From NCBI GenBank assembly GCA_016933815.1, contig JAFGAF010000517.1:1-56968 (forward strand): 56,968 bases of DNA. Reading direction: 5' to 3'. This stretch comes from Prolixibacteraceae bacterium (GTDB lineage Bacteria > Bacteroidota > Bacteroidia > Bacteroidales > Prolixibacteraceae). The first letter of the stretch is position 1. Every line of letters begins with the position of its first letter. The notes beneath the pieces are model-generated. The model saw nothing but the letters and a program-made list of their open reading frames with translations. It had not been told where the DNA came from and did not search any database. The translations under genes and the position numbers were made by a program. Positions 1 through 10,377 of the stretch are shown here, in pieces.

Positions 1-113
1 AATCAACCTTATTGCAGGTTTGTAATTGAGCCAAAAATTGAAAAACGCAATAATTATTTCAAGCATTTGATTGCTGAATAGGGATTATAAATAGTAATTG
101 AAAAAAAATGCAT

Positions 114-142
114 AAAAAAAGAGCTTCCACCCTTGAAAGCTC
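114..142 (-). terminator. Intrinsic terminator after padR
   Basis: GAGCTT...AAGCTC stem followed by a T7 run on the minus strand, just downstream of the padR stop. Confidence 0.6.
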
Positions 143-168
143 CTCAAAAATTATTCATTTTTAATACC

Positions 169-513
169 CTACTGCACCGGTGTTAAATCGGCCCAAAGCT
201 CTTTTAGCATAGCTTGAACCATCAACCAGTTTTGAATTTCGTCTTGTAAAGCTTTACGTCCCTTTTTGTTAATTGCATAATACTTTCGATGACGACCATT
301 TTCAGCCATTTTCCATAATGACTTAATCAAACCATTTTTTTCGAGTTTGTGGAGTACCGGATACAAGCTTCCCTCTTTCCATTCAATTTTGCCTTCAGAC
401 AATTGCTTTACTTTTTGCATAATCTCATACCCATAACTTTCGCTTTTGTCTAAAATAGATAGAATGACAGGAACTGCTGACGCACCCACCAACTCTTTAG
501 AAATTTTACTCAT
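169..513 (-). CDS. PadR family transcriptional regulator (short subfamily-2 type)
   Basis: SYGYEI, GSLYPVLHKLEKNGLI, RKYYAI winged-helix motifs; 114 aa. Confidence 0.92.
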   Translation of the reverse strand: MSKISKELVGASAVPVILSILDKSESYGYEIMQKVKQLSEGKIEWKEGSLYPVLHKLEKNGLIKSLWKMAENGRHRKYYAINKKGRKALQDEIQNWLMVQAMLKELWADLTPVQ

Positions 514-686
514 AATCCACAGGTTTTTTTTTAATTAATACTTGACGTTTTGGATTTATAAATTTCAAAATCATAGCTAAAGTAATAATTAAAGAAAGTT
601 TTACAAAAGAATAATCATTATTTTGTATCGAAAAATTAAGATTATTCGATAAGAATACCCTATTTTTGCAAAATAAACCGAAAAAT

Positions 687-944
687 ATGCTACCTAGATT
701 CTTAATTGCAGATAATTCACAAGAGCTACCCAATACTATTTTTGTGGTACACACCGAGTTTCCTCGTTTTATTGTTGAAAGCGACATCGATGACTTTTAC
801 AGCAATCAGGTCATTCACTGGATTGATGAAAAACCTATTGATGAAGATTATATCGAACAATTACTTGAAGAAGCAGATGATTTTCTTGAAATTGAGTTTG
901 AAAGCCAGGAGGATTTATACGACGATGAAATAGGCTTGAATTAA
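687..944 (+). CDS. Small acidic hypothetical protein
   Basis: ATG at 687 after A-rich leader (MLPRFLIADNS...HTEFPRFI), very acidic C-terminus; overlaps tex stop by 4 nt (TTAA). Confidence 0.7.
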   Translation: MLPRFLIADNSQELPNTIFVVHTEFPRFIVESDIDDFYSNQVIHWIDEKPIDEDYIEQLLEEADDFLEIEFESQEDLYDDEIGLN

Positions 945-3070
945 TCAAGCCCTTTCATAGTCAGTTGTATTCTTTTTCGAACCAAATCGACATCTACAAT
1001 TTTCACCCTTACATGCTGGTTTAATTTCAGAACTTTGGCCGGATCGTCGATGAACTTTTCGGTAATTTGCGATACGTGTACCAAGCCATTTTCTTTTATA
1101 CCAATATCGACAAAAGCTCCAAAGCGAGTTATGTTGGTAATAATTCCCGGCAAAATTGCTCCGGGTTTTAAATCGTTAATGGTTTTGATATGTTCATCAA
1201 ATTCAAAAAACTGAATTTTCTCGCGTGGATCACGACCCGGTTTAGCCAGTTCTGTCAATATATCGGTAAGGGTTGGCAGGCCAATAGCATCACTAACAAA
1301 ATCATTTAAATTTAATTGTTTACGTAGCTGTTCCGAATCGATAAGTTTTATCACATCGGTATTTAATTTTTTTGCCATTCTATCAACAATGGCATACGAT
1401 TCGGGGTGAACAGCAGTGTTATCGAGCGGATTACTTGCATTGTTGATTCTTAAAAAGCCTGCCGATTGTTCAAAGGCTTTTGCCCCCAAGCGAGGCACAT
1501 TTTTAAGCTCATTGCGCGATGTGAAATCGCCATTCTCTTTTCGGTAATCGACAATGTTCTGAGCCAACTGTGGTCCTAAACCCGACACATAAGTCAGCAG
1601 GCTTTTGCTGGCAGTATTTAAATTTACCCCAACCAAGTTAACACACGATTCAACAACCCTGTCGAGCTCTTGTTGCAATTGTTTCTGGTCAACATCGTGC
1701 TGATATTGGCCAACACCAATCGATTTGGGTTCAATTTTAACCAATTCGGCAAGTGGATCCATCAACCTGCGGCCAATAGAAACAGCTCCTCTAACAGTAA
1801 CATCATAATCTGGAAATTCGTCGCGGGCAATTTTTGAGGCCGAATATATCGATGCGCCATCTTCGTTAACCGAAAAGACCTGAACGGTTCTATTGAACTT
1901 TAAATACTTAATAAATTGTTCGGTTTCGCGCCCGGCAGTTCCATTCCCAACAGCAATTGCATCAATTTTATAGGCTTCGACCATGGTGCTTATTTTTTTT
2001 GCCGACTCACGTACTTCGCGCTGTGGCGGATGTGGATAAATGGTTTCGTTATGCAACAAATTACCTTGCTCGTCGAGGCAAACAACCTTGCAGCCTGTGC
2101 GATAACCGGGGTCAATTGCCAAAACCCTCTTCTGTCCGAGCGGAGGCGCCAGCAATAGTTGTCTCAAATTTTCGCTAAATACCGCAATAGCTTCATTGTC
2201 GGATTTTAATTTCCACAATTGATTGAATTCGGTTTCGATTGAGGGAGTTAATAAACGCTTGAGGCTATCCTTAATGGCCATTTTAACCTGTTCGCGACAA
2301 CTTGTGTTGCCCCTTAAAAAAATAGTTTCAAGTTTTTCCTGAGCTACTTGTTCATCAATACCAATACTAATACGCAGAAAGCCTTCTTTTTCGGCACGTT
2401 TTATAGCCAGGTAGCGGTGCGAAGCACAACGCGATAGTGGTTCATTCCAATCGAAATAATCGCGGTATTTTTGAGCTTCAGCATCTTTTCCTTTAATAAT
2501 TTTTGATTCAATGATGGCCATTTTCTTGAATAGCCATCGAACACTGTCGCGAGCCCTGCTGTTTTCGCTAATCCATTCAGCAACAATATCACGCGCTCCG
2601 GCTAATGCATCATCAACTGTTTCAACCTGTTCGTTAATAAACGTTTTAGCCTTTTTATGAATGTCCCACTCAAACTGCCCCATCAAAATTTTAGCCAAAG
2701 GTTCGAGGCCTTTTTCACGAGCAATAGTAGCCCTGGTGCGCTTTTTAGGTTTGTATGGTAAGTAAATGTCTTCGAGTTCGGTTGCATCGTAAGTTGATTC
2801 TATTTTCAGTTTCAGCTCATCACTTAAACAACCTTGTTCCTCAATGGTTTTTAAAATTGTTTCCTTTCGGCTTTCCAAATCGGTAAAGTACTGATACTCT
2901 TTTTGAATAGCAGCAATCTGCACTTCGTCGAAACTGCCGGTAAGTTCTTTTCTGTAGCGGGCAATAAAAGGAATGGTTGCGCCTTCTTTTAATAACAAAA
3001 TTGTATTCTTAACTCGCTCAATGGGCAATCCGGTTTTGGATGCAACCAACTCAAAGATTTTATCATTCAT
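941..3070 (-). CDS. tex: Tex/YhgF RNA-binding transcription accessory protein
   Basis: GATIPFIARYRKE, YLPYKPKKRT, YqgF-like IDPGYRTGCK, SIGVGQYQHDV, HhH and C-terminal S1 (FGAFVDIG); ATG at 3070 preferred over the track start 3088. Confidence 0.95.
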   Translation of the reverse strand: MNDKIFELVASKTGLPIERVKNTILLLKEGATIPFIARYRKELTGSFDEVQIAAIQKEYQYFTDLESRKETILKTIEEQGCLSDELKLKIESTYDATELEDIYLPYKPKKRTRATIAREKGLEPLAKILMGQFEWDIHKKAKTFINEQVETVDDALAGARDIVAEWISENSRARDSVRWLFKKMAIIESKIIKGKDAEAQKYRDYFDWNEPLSRCASHRYLAIKRAEKEGFLRISIGIDEQVAQEKLETIFLRGNTSCREQVKMAIKDSLKRLLTPSIETEFNQLWKLKSDNEAIAVFSENLRQLLLAPPLGQKRVLAIDPGYRTGCKVVCLDEQGNLLHNETIYPHPPQREVRESAKKISTMVEAYKIDAIAVGNGTAGRETEQFIKYLKFNRTVQVFSVNEDGASIYSASKIARDEFPDYDVTVRGAVSIGRRLMDPLAELVKIEPKSIGVGQYQHDVDQKQLQQELDRVVESCVNLVGVNLNTASKSLLTYVSGLGPQLAQNIVDYRKENGDFTSRNELKNVPRLGAKAFEQSAGFLRINNASNPLDNTAVHPESYAIVDRMAKKLNTDVIKLIDSEQLRKQLNLNDFVSDAIGLPTLTDILTELAKPGRDPREKIQFFEFDEHIKTINDLKPGAILPGIITNITRFGAFVDIGIKENGLVHVSQITEKFIDDPAKVLKLNQHVRVKIVDVDLVRKRIQLTMKGLD

Positions 3071-3353
3071 ACGATAATTAATTATCAAACTTTTATTTGG
3101 TTATTTGTTTGAAATATTTATCAAAAAAAAGCATAAATTTTCAATAATACGAAGGTAAAACTACAAAATTTGATTGCCCGAGCCTTGTGTTTTTTTATAT
3201 TTGTGCAAAATATCATTACTTTTTATTTACGCAAAAAAACTCAACTTAACACTAAATCATGAAAATACATTTGAAATTTTCAATATTTTCTGTAATTATT
3301 GGTATAATGCCTTGCAAAAAATAGAAACCGATACTTATTTGCCCTTATTTGAG

Positions 3354-3872
3354 ATGAAATTATTTAAAAACCCAAAGCAATGGTATGCTGTTTACACCAA
3401 ATCGAGAGCAGAAAAGAAGGTTCAGTTAGAGCTCGATTTTCAGGGAATCGAAAATTATCTTCCACTACAACGTACCCTACGTAAATGGAGCGACCGAAAA
3501 AAATGGGTTGATGTACCGCTTATTCCAGGATACATTTTTGTTTACATCAACCATACTCACTACGATAAAGTTCTGCAAACCAGCAATGTGGTTAGCTATG
3601 TGCGTTTTGAAGGAAAAGCAGCAATTATTCCCGACACACAAATAGAACTGATAAAACGGATGCTCAGGCAAACCGATGTTCATATTGATGTGCAACGCGA
3701 AGCGTATTCGAAAGGCGATTGCATTGAAGTTATTGGTGGGCCATTAATTGGAATGAAGGGCGAATTAGTTGAAATTAAAGGTAAAAAAAGAGTTGCGGTT
3801 ATTATCGATCAACTAAAAATATCATTAACTTTCGAACTACCTGTTAACGAAATTCGTAAGTTAAACGACTAA
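3354..3872 (+). CDS. upxY: UpxY-family (NusG paralog) transcription antiterminator
   Basis: WYAVYTKSRAEKKV, RKWSDRKKWVDVPLIPGYIFV NGN domain plus KOW (VIGGPLIGMKGEL); likely start ATG 3354. Confidence 0.88.
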   Translation: MKLFKNPKQWYAVYTKSRAEKKVQLELDFQGIENYLPLQRTLRKWSDRKKWVDVPLIPGYIFVYINHTHYDKVLQTSNVVSYVRFEGKAAIIPDTQIELIKRMLRQTDVHIDVQREAYSKGDCIEVIGGPLIGMKGELVEIKGKKRVAVIIDQLKISLTFELPVNEIRKLND

Positions 3873-3882
3873 AAATATTGAA

Positions 3883-4938
3883 ATGAAGAATGCCCTATTT
3901 CTTACCGGAGCAGCAGCCCGCATTTCGCAAGAAGTAGCCTTGGTTGACAAACTAATTGAATTAAAAAACCTTGAGCTTAGTTCCGATAAAACTATGCTTG
4001 CCGGTTTTAGTTCGGGAGCATTAAACATTGGCGCCATAAATGCCTGTTTCCGAAACAATAACCCATTATCGTGGGATAAGTACTTCAAAGAAGAAGTTTT
4101 GTTTAAAATAAAAACGAAAGATGTATTTGTAAAAAATAGATTTATTCCGGTTGATACCTCCCCTCTTCGCAATCTTTTGAATAATTTTTTAGGGCAGGGA
4201 AATTTAAAGAAGATAGACGATTGCACTTTCGATTCATTTATATTAGCATTCTCGGTTTGGCGCTTAACAACTGTGTGGGCATCAAATATTTATAATCGGC
4301 ACAGCGGAATTAACCTTACTAATTTGCTGATGGCAACATCGGCTATTCCATTAATTTTTCCCGATCAAAGCATTGAACCTACCAGCAAAAAAGCGCGCAG
4401 GTTTATTCGCGGTCGGTTTGTCGATGGAGGTACCGGTGGCTCATTCCGACGCTTCGAAAAACATTTGAAGAAATATGTAAGGCAGAATGGCGAATTTGAG
4501 AACCTTTACATTGTGTCGCCAATGCGCGAAGTTTCAAACGAAGACTTTGAAGAACTCGATAAGATCATCCCTTCGAGCCAAATGTTTAAGTTAAGTTCCA
4601 AAGATTTGGGTATCATGAAAGTGTTCCTCGATATGATTTCGCAAAACGGATTCGACACCTTTATCAAACGTTTTTATAAATGGTCAAACAGAAATAAAAT
4701 AGCATCGAATATTTTTATATGTATCCCCGGAATGAGCGATAATTATCCCTTATTGAATTTCGATCGACAAGAGAAACAATACCAATCGGTTTGCCAATGG
4801 GTTGACGAAAATCCCGACAAACTTGCCATTCCAATTGACGAATATGCTAAACGTTTTGAAGAAAAACCATTATTGAAAATTACAGATAAAATACGTCGAA
4901 ATATGCGACATCGATTGCGATCGATTTTCAATATATAA
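3883..4938 (+). CDS. Patatin-like phospholipase/esterase (divergent)
   Basis: GFSSG nucleophile elbow, ATSAIPLIFP, FVDGG; Gly-rich loop is atypical (TGAAAR). Confidence 0.75.
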   Translation: MKNALFLTGAAARISQEVALVDKLIELKNLELSSDKTMLAGFSSGALNIGAINACFRNNNPLSWDKYFKEEVLFKIKTKDVFVKNRFIPVDTSPLRNLLNNFLGQGNLKKIDDCTFDSFILAFSVWRLTTVWASNIYNRHSGINLTNLLMATSAIPLIFPDQSIEPTSKKARRFIRGRFVDGGTGGSFRRFEKHLKKYVRQNGEFENLYIVSPMREVSNEDFEELDKIIPSSQMFKLSSKDLGIMKVFLDMISQNGFDTFIKRFYKWSNRNKIASNIFICIPGMSDNYPLLNFDRQEKQYQSVCQWVDENPDKLAIPIDEYAKRFEEKPLLKITDKIRRNMRHRLRSIFNI

Positions 4939-4945
4939 AAAATAC

Positions 4946-4976
4946 AAAGGGTGCCCCGAACAACGGAACACCCTTT
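4946..4976 (-). terminator. Terminator between convergent patatin gene and mannan operon
   Basis: Minus strand AAAGGGUGUUCCG-loop-CGGGGCACCCUUU, 13-bp stem with two G-U pairs. Confidence 0.75.
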
Positions 4977-4995
4977 CTTGTATAGTAATTTCGAA

Positions 4996-6381
4996 TTATT
5001 CAGTTGCTTCGTTGGCCCTTCGTTGTGCCAATTCTGTTTCAATTTTTTTCATGGTTTTATCGTCGAGCTGATAAAAGTACATGAAAGCACCCGACAAAAC
5101 AGCTGCTATTGCCGGCACAATGCTAATCATGTATTTAATTCCTTTAATGGTTTCGGGCGACTGATCAACATTGGCTTCAAATCCGAAGAAAGCAAGTAGC
5201 CAAAGCGTTATAGCTCCACCCAAAGTCCATCCTAATTTTTGTGACATACTCGACGCCGAAAATACCAACCCGGTTGCCCTGCGGCCTGTTTTATATTCCG
5301 AATAGTCGGCCGTATCGGCGTACATCGACCACAGTAGCGGGAAAATAATTCCGGCACAAAAACTAACCAATGCTTGCAGAATATAAACCCAAATTACTCC
5401 TTCGGTTGTGCACATTACAAATAAACTGCTTAAAACAGCAGCAGCTACCATGGCCCCCATAAAGGTATTGCGCTTGCCAAACCTTGCCGATATTGGTTTG
5501 GCCATAATAACACCCAACATATTGGTTGCCTGACCAACAAATAAATACAAAGTACTGTATGTAAAAGTGGCCTTCGATATGCTAACAGCTGCATCGTCGC
5601 TTATAAAATATTTAAAATAATAAACGGCAACACCATCGCGTACCGAGTTGAATATTAACGTCATAACACCTGCGCCAAGCAAAACAAACCAAGGTATATT
5701 GTTGATCAAATTCTTTACATCTTCACGCAAATTGTTATTTTGAGCTTTTGGTGGAGTAATTCTTTCTCGTGTCCATAAAAATGTAAAGAAAAAGAAAACA
5801 ACCACTATTGCACCAATAACAGTCATTGTTAATTGATAGGCCGATTCGGGCTTTAAGCTTTTGCTGAACCAATCGACCAAAGGTTGAAACATTGCTACAA
5901 CCAACAAACTTCCGCCAAAAGCAAACACCATACGGTACGATGCCAAGCTGGTACGCTCTTCCGATTTAGCAGTCATTACGCCTAACAAGCTGGCATACGG
6001 AACGTTAATGGCCGTATATGCCATCATCATTATGGTATAGCTGATGTAAGCATAAACTATTTTACCGGTTAAACCCAAGTTTGGAGTTGTAAACAACAGA
6101 ACCCCAATTACAGCAAAAGGTACTGAAATCCAAAGCAAATAAGGCCTGAATTTCCCCCAACGGGTATTTGTTCTATCTCCAATAATTCCCATTATTGGGT
6201 CGTTAGCTGTGTCCCAAATTCGTGTTAACAAAAACATTGTACCTGCCACTGCTGCCGGAATACCAAAAACATCGGTATAAAAAATGGCTAAATAGAAGGT
6301 GAAAATTTTCCAAAACATTGATGATGCTGCATCACCAAAACCATAGCCAATTTTTTCCCTTAAAGTTACTTTATCGGTCAT
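4996..6381 (-). CDS. GPH-family (MelB-like MFS) glycoside/cation symporter, likely for mannobiose/manno-oligosaccharides
   Basis: EKIGYGFGD, WDTANDPIMG, TRWGKFRPYL, ADTADYSEYKTGRR; co-transcribed with GH130 and epimerase. Confidence 0.9.
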   Translation of the reverse strand: MTDKVTLREKIGYGFGDAASSMFWKIFTFYLAIFYTDVFGIPAAVAGTMFLLTRIWDTANDPIMGIIGDRTNTRWGKFRPYLLWISVPFAVIGVLLFTTPNLGLTGKIVYAYISYTIMMMAYTAINVPYASLLGVMTAKSEERTSLASYRMVFAFGGSLLVVAMFQPLVDWFSKSLKPESAYQLTMTVIGAIVVVFFFFTFLWTRERITPPKAQNNNLREDVKNLINNIPWFVLLGAGVMTLIFNSVRDGVAVYYFKYFISDDAAVSISKATFTYSTLYLFVGQATNMLGVIMAKPISARFGKRNTFMGAMVAAAVLSSLFVMCTTEGVIWVYILQALVSFCAGIIFPLLWSMYADTADYSEYKTGRRATGLVFSASSMSQKLGWTLGGAITLWLLAFFGFEANVDQSPETIKGIKYMISIVPAIAAVLSGAFMYFYQLDDKTMKKIETELAQRRANEATE

Positions 6382-6386
6382 AATTT

Positions 6387-7577
6387 TTATTTTTTTAGTC
6401 GGTTACAAACTTCAATCAGCGCCCGCGAGTTGTGATAAGGACATTTCCAAAACCCGGCCTTTTCGTCTTCTAAAAGTGGATTTCCACTACTATCGATGCG
6501 TCCAAACCATTCACCATTCTTACGGTCAATGAGGCGCAAATCAATAAAGTTCCAAACCTTTTCTGCTTCAGTAAGATACATCATGTTTCCGGTTGTTTGC
6601 CAGGCATTTACATATCCAACCATTGCTTCGGCCTGAGGCCACCAATGTTTGTCGGTATCGGTATGACCGGCTTCGGTTTCGTAAAAAATTGAACCATCGG
6701 TGTCGGTGCCTTCATTTAAAGTTACATCAACCATTCGAACAGCCATTTTGTTAACCTCGGCAAGGAGTGCTTCATCGGCTAACTCTTCGGCAGCCTCAGC
6801 CAATAGCCACGATCCCTCAATGTCATGTCCATACGATATTATTTCTGATTTAACTGTCCAGTCGTAGTCGAAAAACAAATTGAAATGAGCAGTATTTGCA
6901 TCAATAATACGATCGAGAAAAACGCGAATAATTTTTTTGATGCTTTCGGCTAAAATCGGGTTTTTCCAGCAACGATAAAGGTTGGTATATGGCTCAAGTA
7001 TGTGCAAATGGGTATTCATCGATTTTGGTTCATTTGCATCTTTAAGGCTTAACCTCATATCGTCCAAATGACTCCAATCATTGGCCAAAGCTTCAATATA
7101 ACCACCATTTTTGCTATCGTAAAAATTCTTTTCAATGGTCCAGAAAAGTTCCTGTGCCAAAAGTAAGGCTTTTTCGTTGCCGCAGGCACGATAAAACTCC
7201 GACAAACCATAAATAGCAAAACCCTGAGCATAAGCTTGTTTGCGGGTATTTACCGGTTTGCCAAGGTAATCGAGCTCCCAAAACACCCCTCCATTTTTTT
7301 TATCAATAAAAAAGTTGGCAATGTAGTTGAAAGCTTTCTCGGCCATTTGCAAATATTCAGATTTTTTGGAATAATTGTAAGCTGCTGAAAAAGACCACAA
7401 AATGCGGCTATTTAAAATTGCACCTTTGTTTGCCTTTGGGTTTACCTTTCCAAAACTGTCAATAGAGCCAAAAAAACCACCATTTTTATGATCAACAGCC
7501 TTTGTTCCCCAAAACCCCATAATCCGCTCAAGTTCCTGTTCCTGAACTTTAATCATTTCGGTAATTGCCCTTATCAT
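6387..7577 (-). CDS. AGE-family cellobiose/mannobiose 2-epimerase
   Basis: KGAILNSRILW, SMNTHLHILE, SYGHDIEGSWLL, WWPQAEA, WKCPYHNSR. Confidence 0.92.
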   Translation of the reverse strand: MIRAITEMIKVQEQELERIMGFWGTKAVDHKNGGFFGSIDSFGKVNPKANKGAILNSRILWSFSAAYNYSKKSEYLQMAEKAFNYIANFFIDKKNGGVFWELDYLGKPVNTRKQAYAQGFAIYGLSEFYRACGNEKALLLAQELFWTIEKNFYDSKNGGYIEALANDWSHLDDMRLSLKDANEPKSMNTHLHILEPYTNLYRCWKNPILAESIKKIIRVFLDRIIDANTAHFNLFFDYDWTVKSEIISYGHDIEGSWLLAEAAEELADEALLAEVNKMAVRMVDVTLNEGTDTDGSIFYETEAGHTDTDKHWWPQAEAMVGYVNAWQTTGNMMYLTEAEKVWNFIDLRLIDRKNGEWFGRIDSSGNPLLEDEKAGFWKCPYHNSRALIEVCNRLKK

Positions 7578-7578
7578 G

Positions 7579-8754
7579 TTACTTAAGCTTTTTATTTGAA
7601 TCGATCAATTGGTTTATGGTATCGACCGACAAATGAGAGTGCAAACGGTCTTCGGGTGTGTTCATGCAATAATCAATTAACTGATCGATTGTAGTTGTGG
7701 CCACATGCATTCGGGTATCCGACGAGGCATAATAAATGAAAACTTTGCCGTCTTCATCGGCAATCCAACCATTTGCAAAAACAACATTCGACACATCGCC
7801 TACCCTTTCGTTTTGTAACGGAGCAATAAAATGGCCGTTTGGTTTGTGAATTATTTTGGTGACATCGTTTTTATCCGACATAAAAACATAAAGCACATAC
7901 CGCAAGCCGGCAGCAGTATTTCGCACGCCATGTGCCAAATGTATCCAGCCTTTTTCGGTATAAATTGGATGCGGACCTTGTCCGTTTTTTACCTCATAAA
8001 CAGTGTGATAGGTTTTACTGTCGATAATTTTTTCGTCGGGTACTTCAGCGTTTTCAATACTATCTGAAAGCCCCCAGCCAATACCGCCTCCTTTTCCGGT
8101 ATCGATAAAGCCATCTTGCGGGCGGGTAAAAAATGCATATTTTCCATCAACGAATTTTTCGAACAGCACAACGTTTCGTTGTTGACCGCCGTGCGAAATC
8201 AAATCGGGCAAACGTTCCCAGTTGATCAAATCTTTAGTGCGAACTATACCTGCAGTAGCAGTAGCGCTCGAAGTATCGCCCTCGGGGGCGTTTGGATCTT
8301 TGCGCTCGGCACAAAAAACACCATAAATCCATCCATCTTCGTGAGCTGTAAGGCGCATGTCGTAAACATTGGTGTCCCAGTCATCGGTTTGAGGAATGCT
8401 AATCGGGCGATCCCAAAACCTGAAATTATCGATACCGTTTGGGCTTTCGGCTATGGCAAAAAACGATTTCCGATCGTTACCTTCAACACGAACAACCAGC
8501 AAATACTTATCGTTCCACTTTATTGCCCCCGAATTAAATGTTGCGTTAAAACCAATGCGCTCCATAAAAAACGGATTGGTAGCAGGATTAAAATCAAATC
8601 GCCAATGAAGCGGCACATGTTCGCGTGTTAAAACAGGTTTTTTATAACGATTGTAAATGCCATTGGTACTAAACAGCATTTCATTTTTGTCCGACAGTAA
8701 AGCTTGGTGCTTTGCTTCAATCACTGCCTTTCTTTCATCAAATAATGAATTCAT
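7579..8754 (-). CDS. GH130 4-O-beta-D-mannosyl-D-glucose phosphorylase
   Basis: RVEGNDRKSFFA, NVYDMRLT, TRPQDGFI, AHGVRNTAAGLRY, GDVSNVVF, YYASSDTR. Confidence 0.93.
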   Translation of the reverse strand: MNSLFDERKAVIEAKHQALLSDKNEMLFSTNGIYNRYKKPVLTREHVPLHWRFDFNPATNPFFMERIGFNATFNSGAIKWNDKYLLVVRVEGNDRKSFFAIAESPNGIDNFRFWDRPISIPQTDDWDTNVYDMRLTAHEDGWIYGVFCAERKDPNAPEGDTSSATATAGIVRTKDLINWERLPDLISHGGQQRNVVLFEKFVDGKYAFFTRPQDGFIDTGKGGGIGWGLSDSIENAEVPDEKIIDSKTYHTVYEVKNGQGPHPIYTEKGWIHLAHGVRNTAAGLRYVLYVFMSDKNDVTKIIHKPNGHFIAPLQNERVGDVSNVVFANGWIADEDGKVFIYYASSDTRMHVATTTIDQLIDYCMNTPEDRLHSHLSVDTINQLIDSNKKLK

Positions 8755-8920
8755 AATTACTTTTATGGTTTTATACTTAAATAATCATTCAATAAAAATA
8801 TCATTTTATCTTAAGTTTTTTATTAAACAACGTTTAGTTTTTATTTTTAATGCCATTGCCTATTTCTATCAAATATTTTGCAAGAATACAAACAATTCAT
8901 GCGTTGTAACGTTGACAGAA

Positions 8921-9084
8921 GTTTCAAGTATAGGGGGTAAATCATAAGAATACCAAAAACAAGTGAAAAAAATTTGACTTTAAATAAAGCAAAATGGAGT
9001 ACAAAGCATTAATTCTCATCTATTTCGATAATATCTCATTTTAAGTGCAGTAATTTTATACCCCCATTATTGAAACATGTATCC
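8921..9084. promoter_or_regulatory. Pair of oppositely oriented TACCCCC-N4/5-TTGAAAC motifs in the divergent GH130/GH26 intergenic region (candidate HTCS operators)
   Basis: Minus-strand TACCCCC-TATAC-TTGAAAC within 8921-8942 and plus-strand TACCCCC-ATTA-TTGAAAC at 9059-9076. Confidence 0.45.
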
Positions 9085-9138
9085 CATAAAATAATAAATT
9101 CAAACCTTATTATTGACAAAAATTCAAACAGTAACAAT

Positions 9139-10311
9139 ATGATTAACACAAAATTTCTTTTCTTTTCACTTTTATTCTTTGTATTTCAATTATCAAATAC
9201 AGAAATGCACGCAAAAACCAATAATATTTGGATTGATGAACCTACCGAAAACTTATTCAAAAACATACAAAAGCTGGCCAACCAAGGTAAAATAATGTTT
9301 GGCTGTGCCAACCCTACTACTTTAATGTATAAAGAAACCCACATTTATAACGGGTTTGAAAATTCTGATTGCAAGGAAATAACAGGCCAAAATCCGGCGG
9401 TTTACGAAAGTGATTTCATGTGGCATGTCGACCCCAAATTGGTAAATCCAGATAAAGAAGCATCGAAAAAAGCTTACCAACGAGGGGCCGTGGTTGCTTA
9501 CTGCTGGCATCTGCGTGGAATGAACAGTGGCTCATTTTATTCACGAAAAAATAATGAATTTACAAACGACAAGGAACTGCTAAAAAAGATTATTGCAGGA
9601 GGAAACAGGGAAAACAATCGCGAATTGAATTGGTTCTTAACGCAGCTCGATACGCTGGTTATTCCAACGTTTAAAGAATTCGGCTTTCCGGTAATTTTTC
9701 GCCCGTGGCACGAAATGAACGGTGCTTGGTTTTGGTGGGGAAAAGACAACTGTACCCCCGATGAATACATTAAATTATATCGGCTTACCGTTAATTACAT
9801 GCGTGAGAGTAATCTGCGAAATGTATTGTTCGCCTGGAGTCCCGACACCAAATTTACAATGGAATATTATCCCGGAAACGATTATGTCGATATTATTGGC
9901 CTCGACATTTATGAAATGGGGGCAGTACATTACAAGACTCACCAAATGGTTACCCACGAGCTAAAAAAAATGGTCGATTATGCAACCAGCAACAATAAGA
10001 TTGCTGCCATAACCGAAACCGGCCTTCGAATGGAGAATGGTGTTTACCGATATCCGGAGGAGAAACCCGACTATTGGTCGAATTATGTATTGGCGCCAAT
10101 TGTTAACAATCCCGAAATTAACCGAATTGCATGGGTACTTAGCTGGTACAGTTCGGACTGGAGCAAACAACGAAAATCGCAATTTTATTATCCATATAAA
10201 GGTATCGAAAAGGATTTCGGTAACGGACAGGCTGCAATTAACGACTTTATTGATTTTTTTAATCACCCGGCAACAATTTTCGAAGACGACTTGCCTAATC
10301 TTTACCAATAA
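9139..10311 (+). CDS. GH26 beta-mannanase, secreted
   Basis: Signal peptide from ATG 9139; FRPWHEMNGAWFWWG (acid/base), YYPGNDYVDIIGLDIY, AITETG (nucleophile). Confidence 0.92.
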   Translation: MINTKFLFFSLLFFVFQLSNTEMHAKTNNIWIDEPTENLFKNIQKLANQGKIMFGCANPTTLMYKETHIYNGFENSDCKEITGQNPAVYESDFMWHVDPKLVNPDKEASKKAYQRGAVVAYCWHLRGMNSGSFYSRKNNEFTNDKELLKKIIAGGNRENNRELNWFLTQLDTLVIPTFKEFGFPVIFRPWHEMNGAWFWWGKDNCTPDEYIKLYRLTVNYMRESNLRNVLFAWSPDTKFTMEYYPGNDYVDIIGLDIYEMGAVHYKTHQMVTHELKKMVDYATSNNKIAAITETGLRMENGVYRYPEEKPDYWSNYVLAPIVNNPEINRIAWVLSWYSSDWSKQRKSQFYYPYKGIEKDFGNGQAAINDFIDFFNHPATIFEDDLPNLYQ

Positions 10312-10377
10312 TTTTTAAAAAGGAATTACATTAGCACAGCATTTTTTTAATTGCAGCTATAATTTTATTATATTTAG

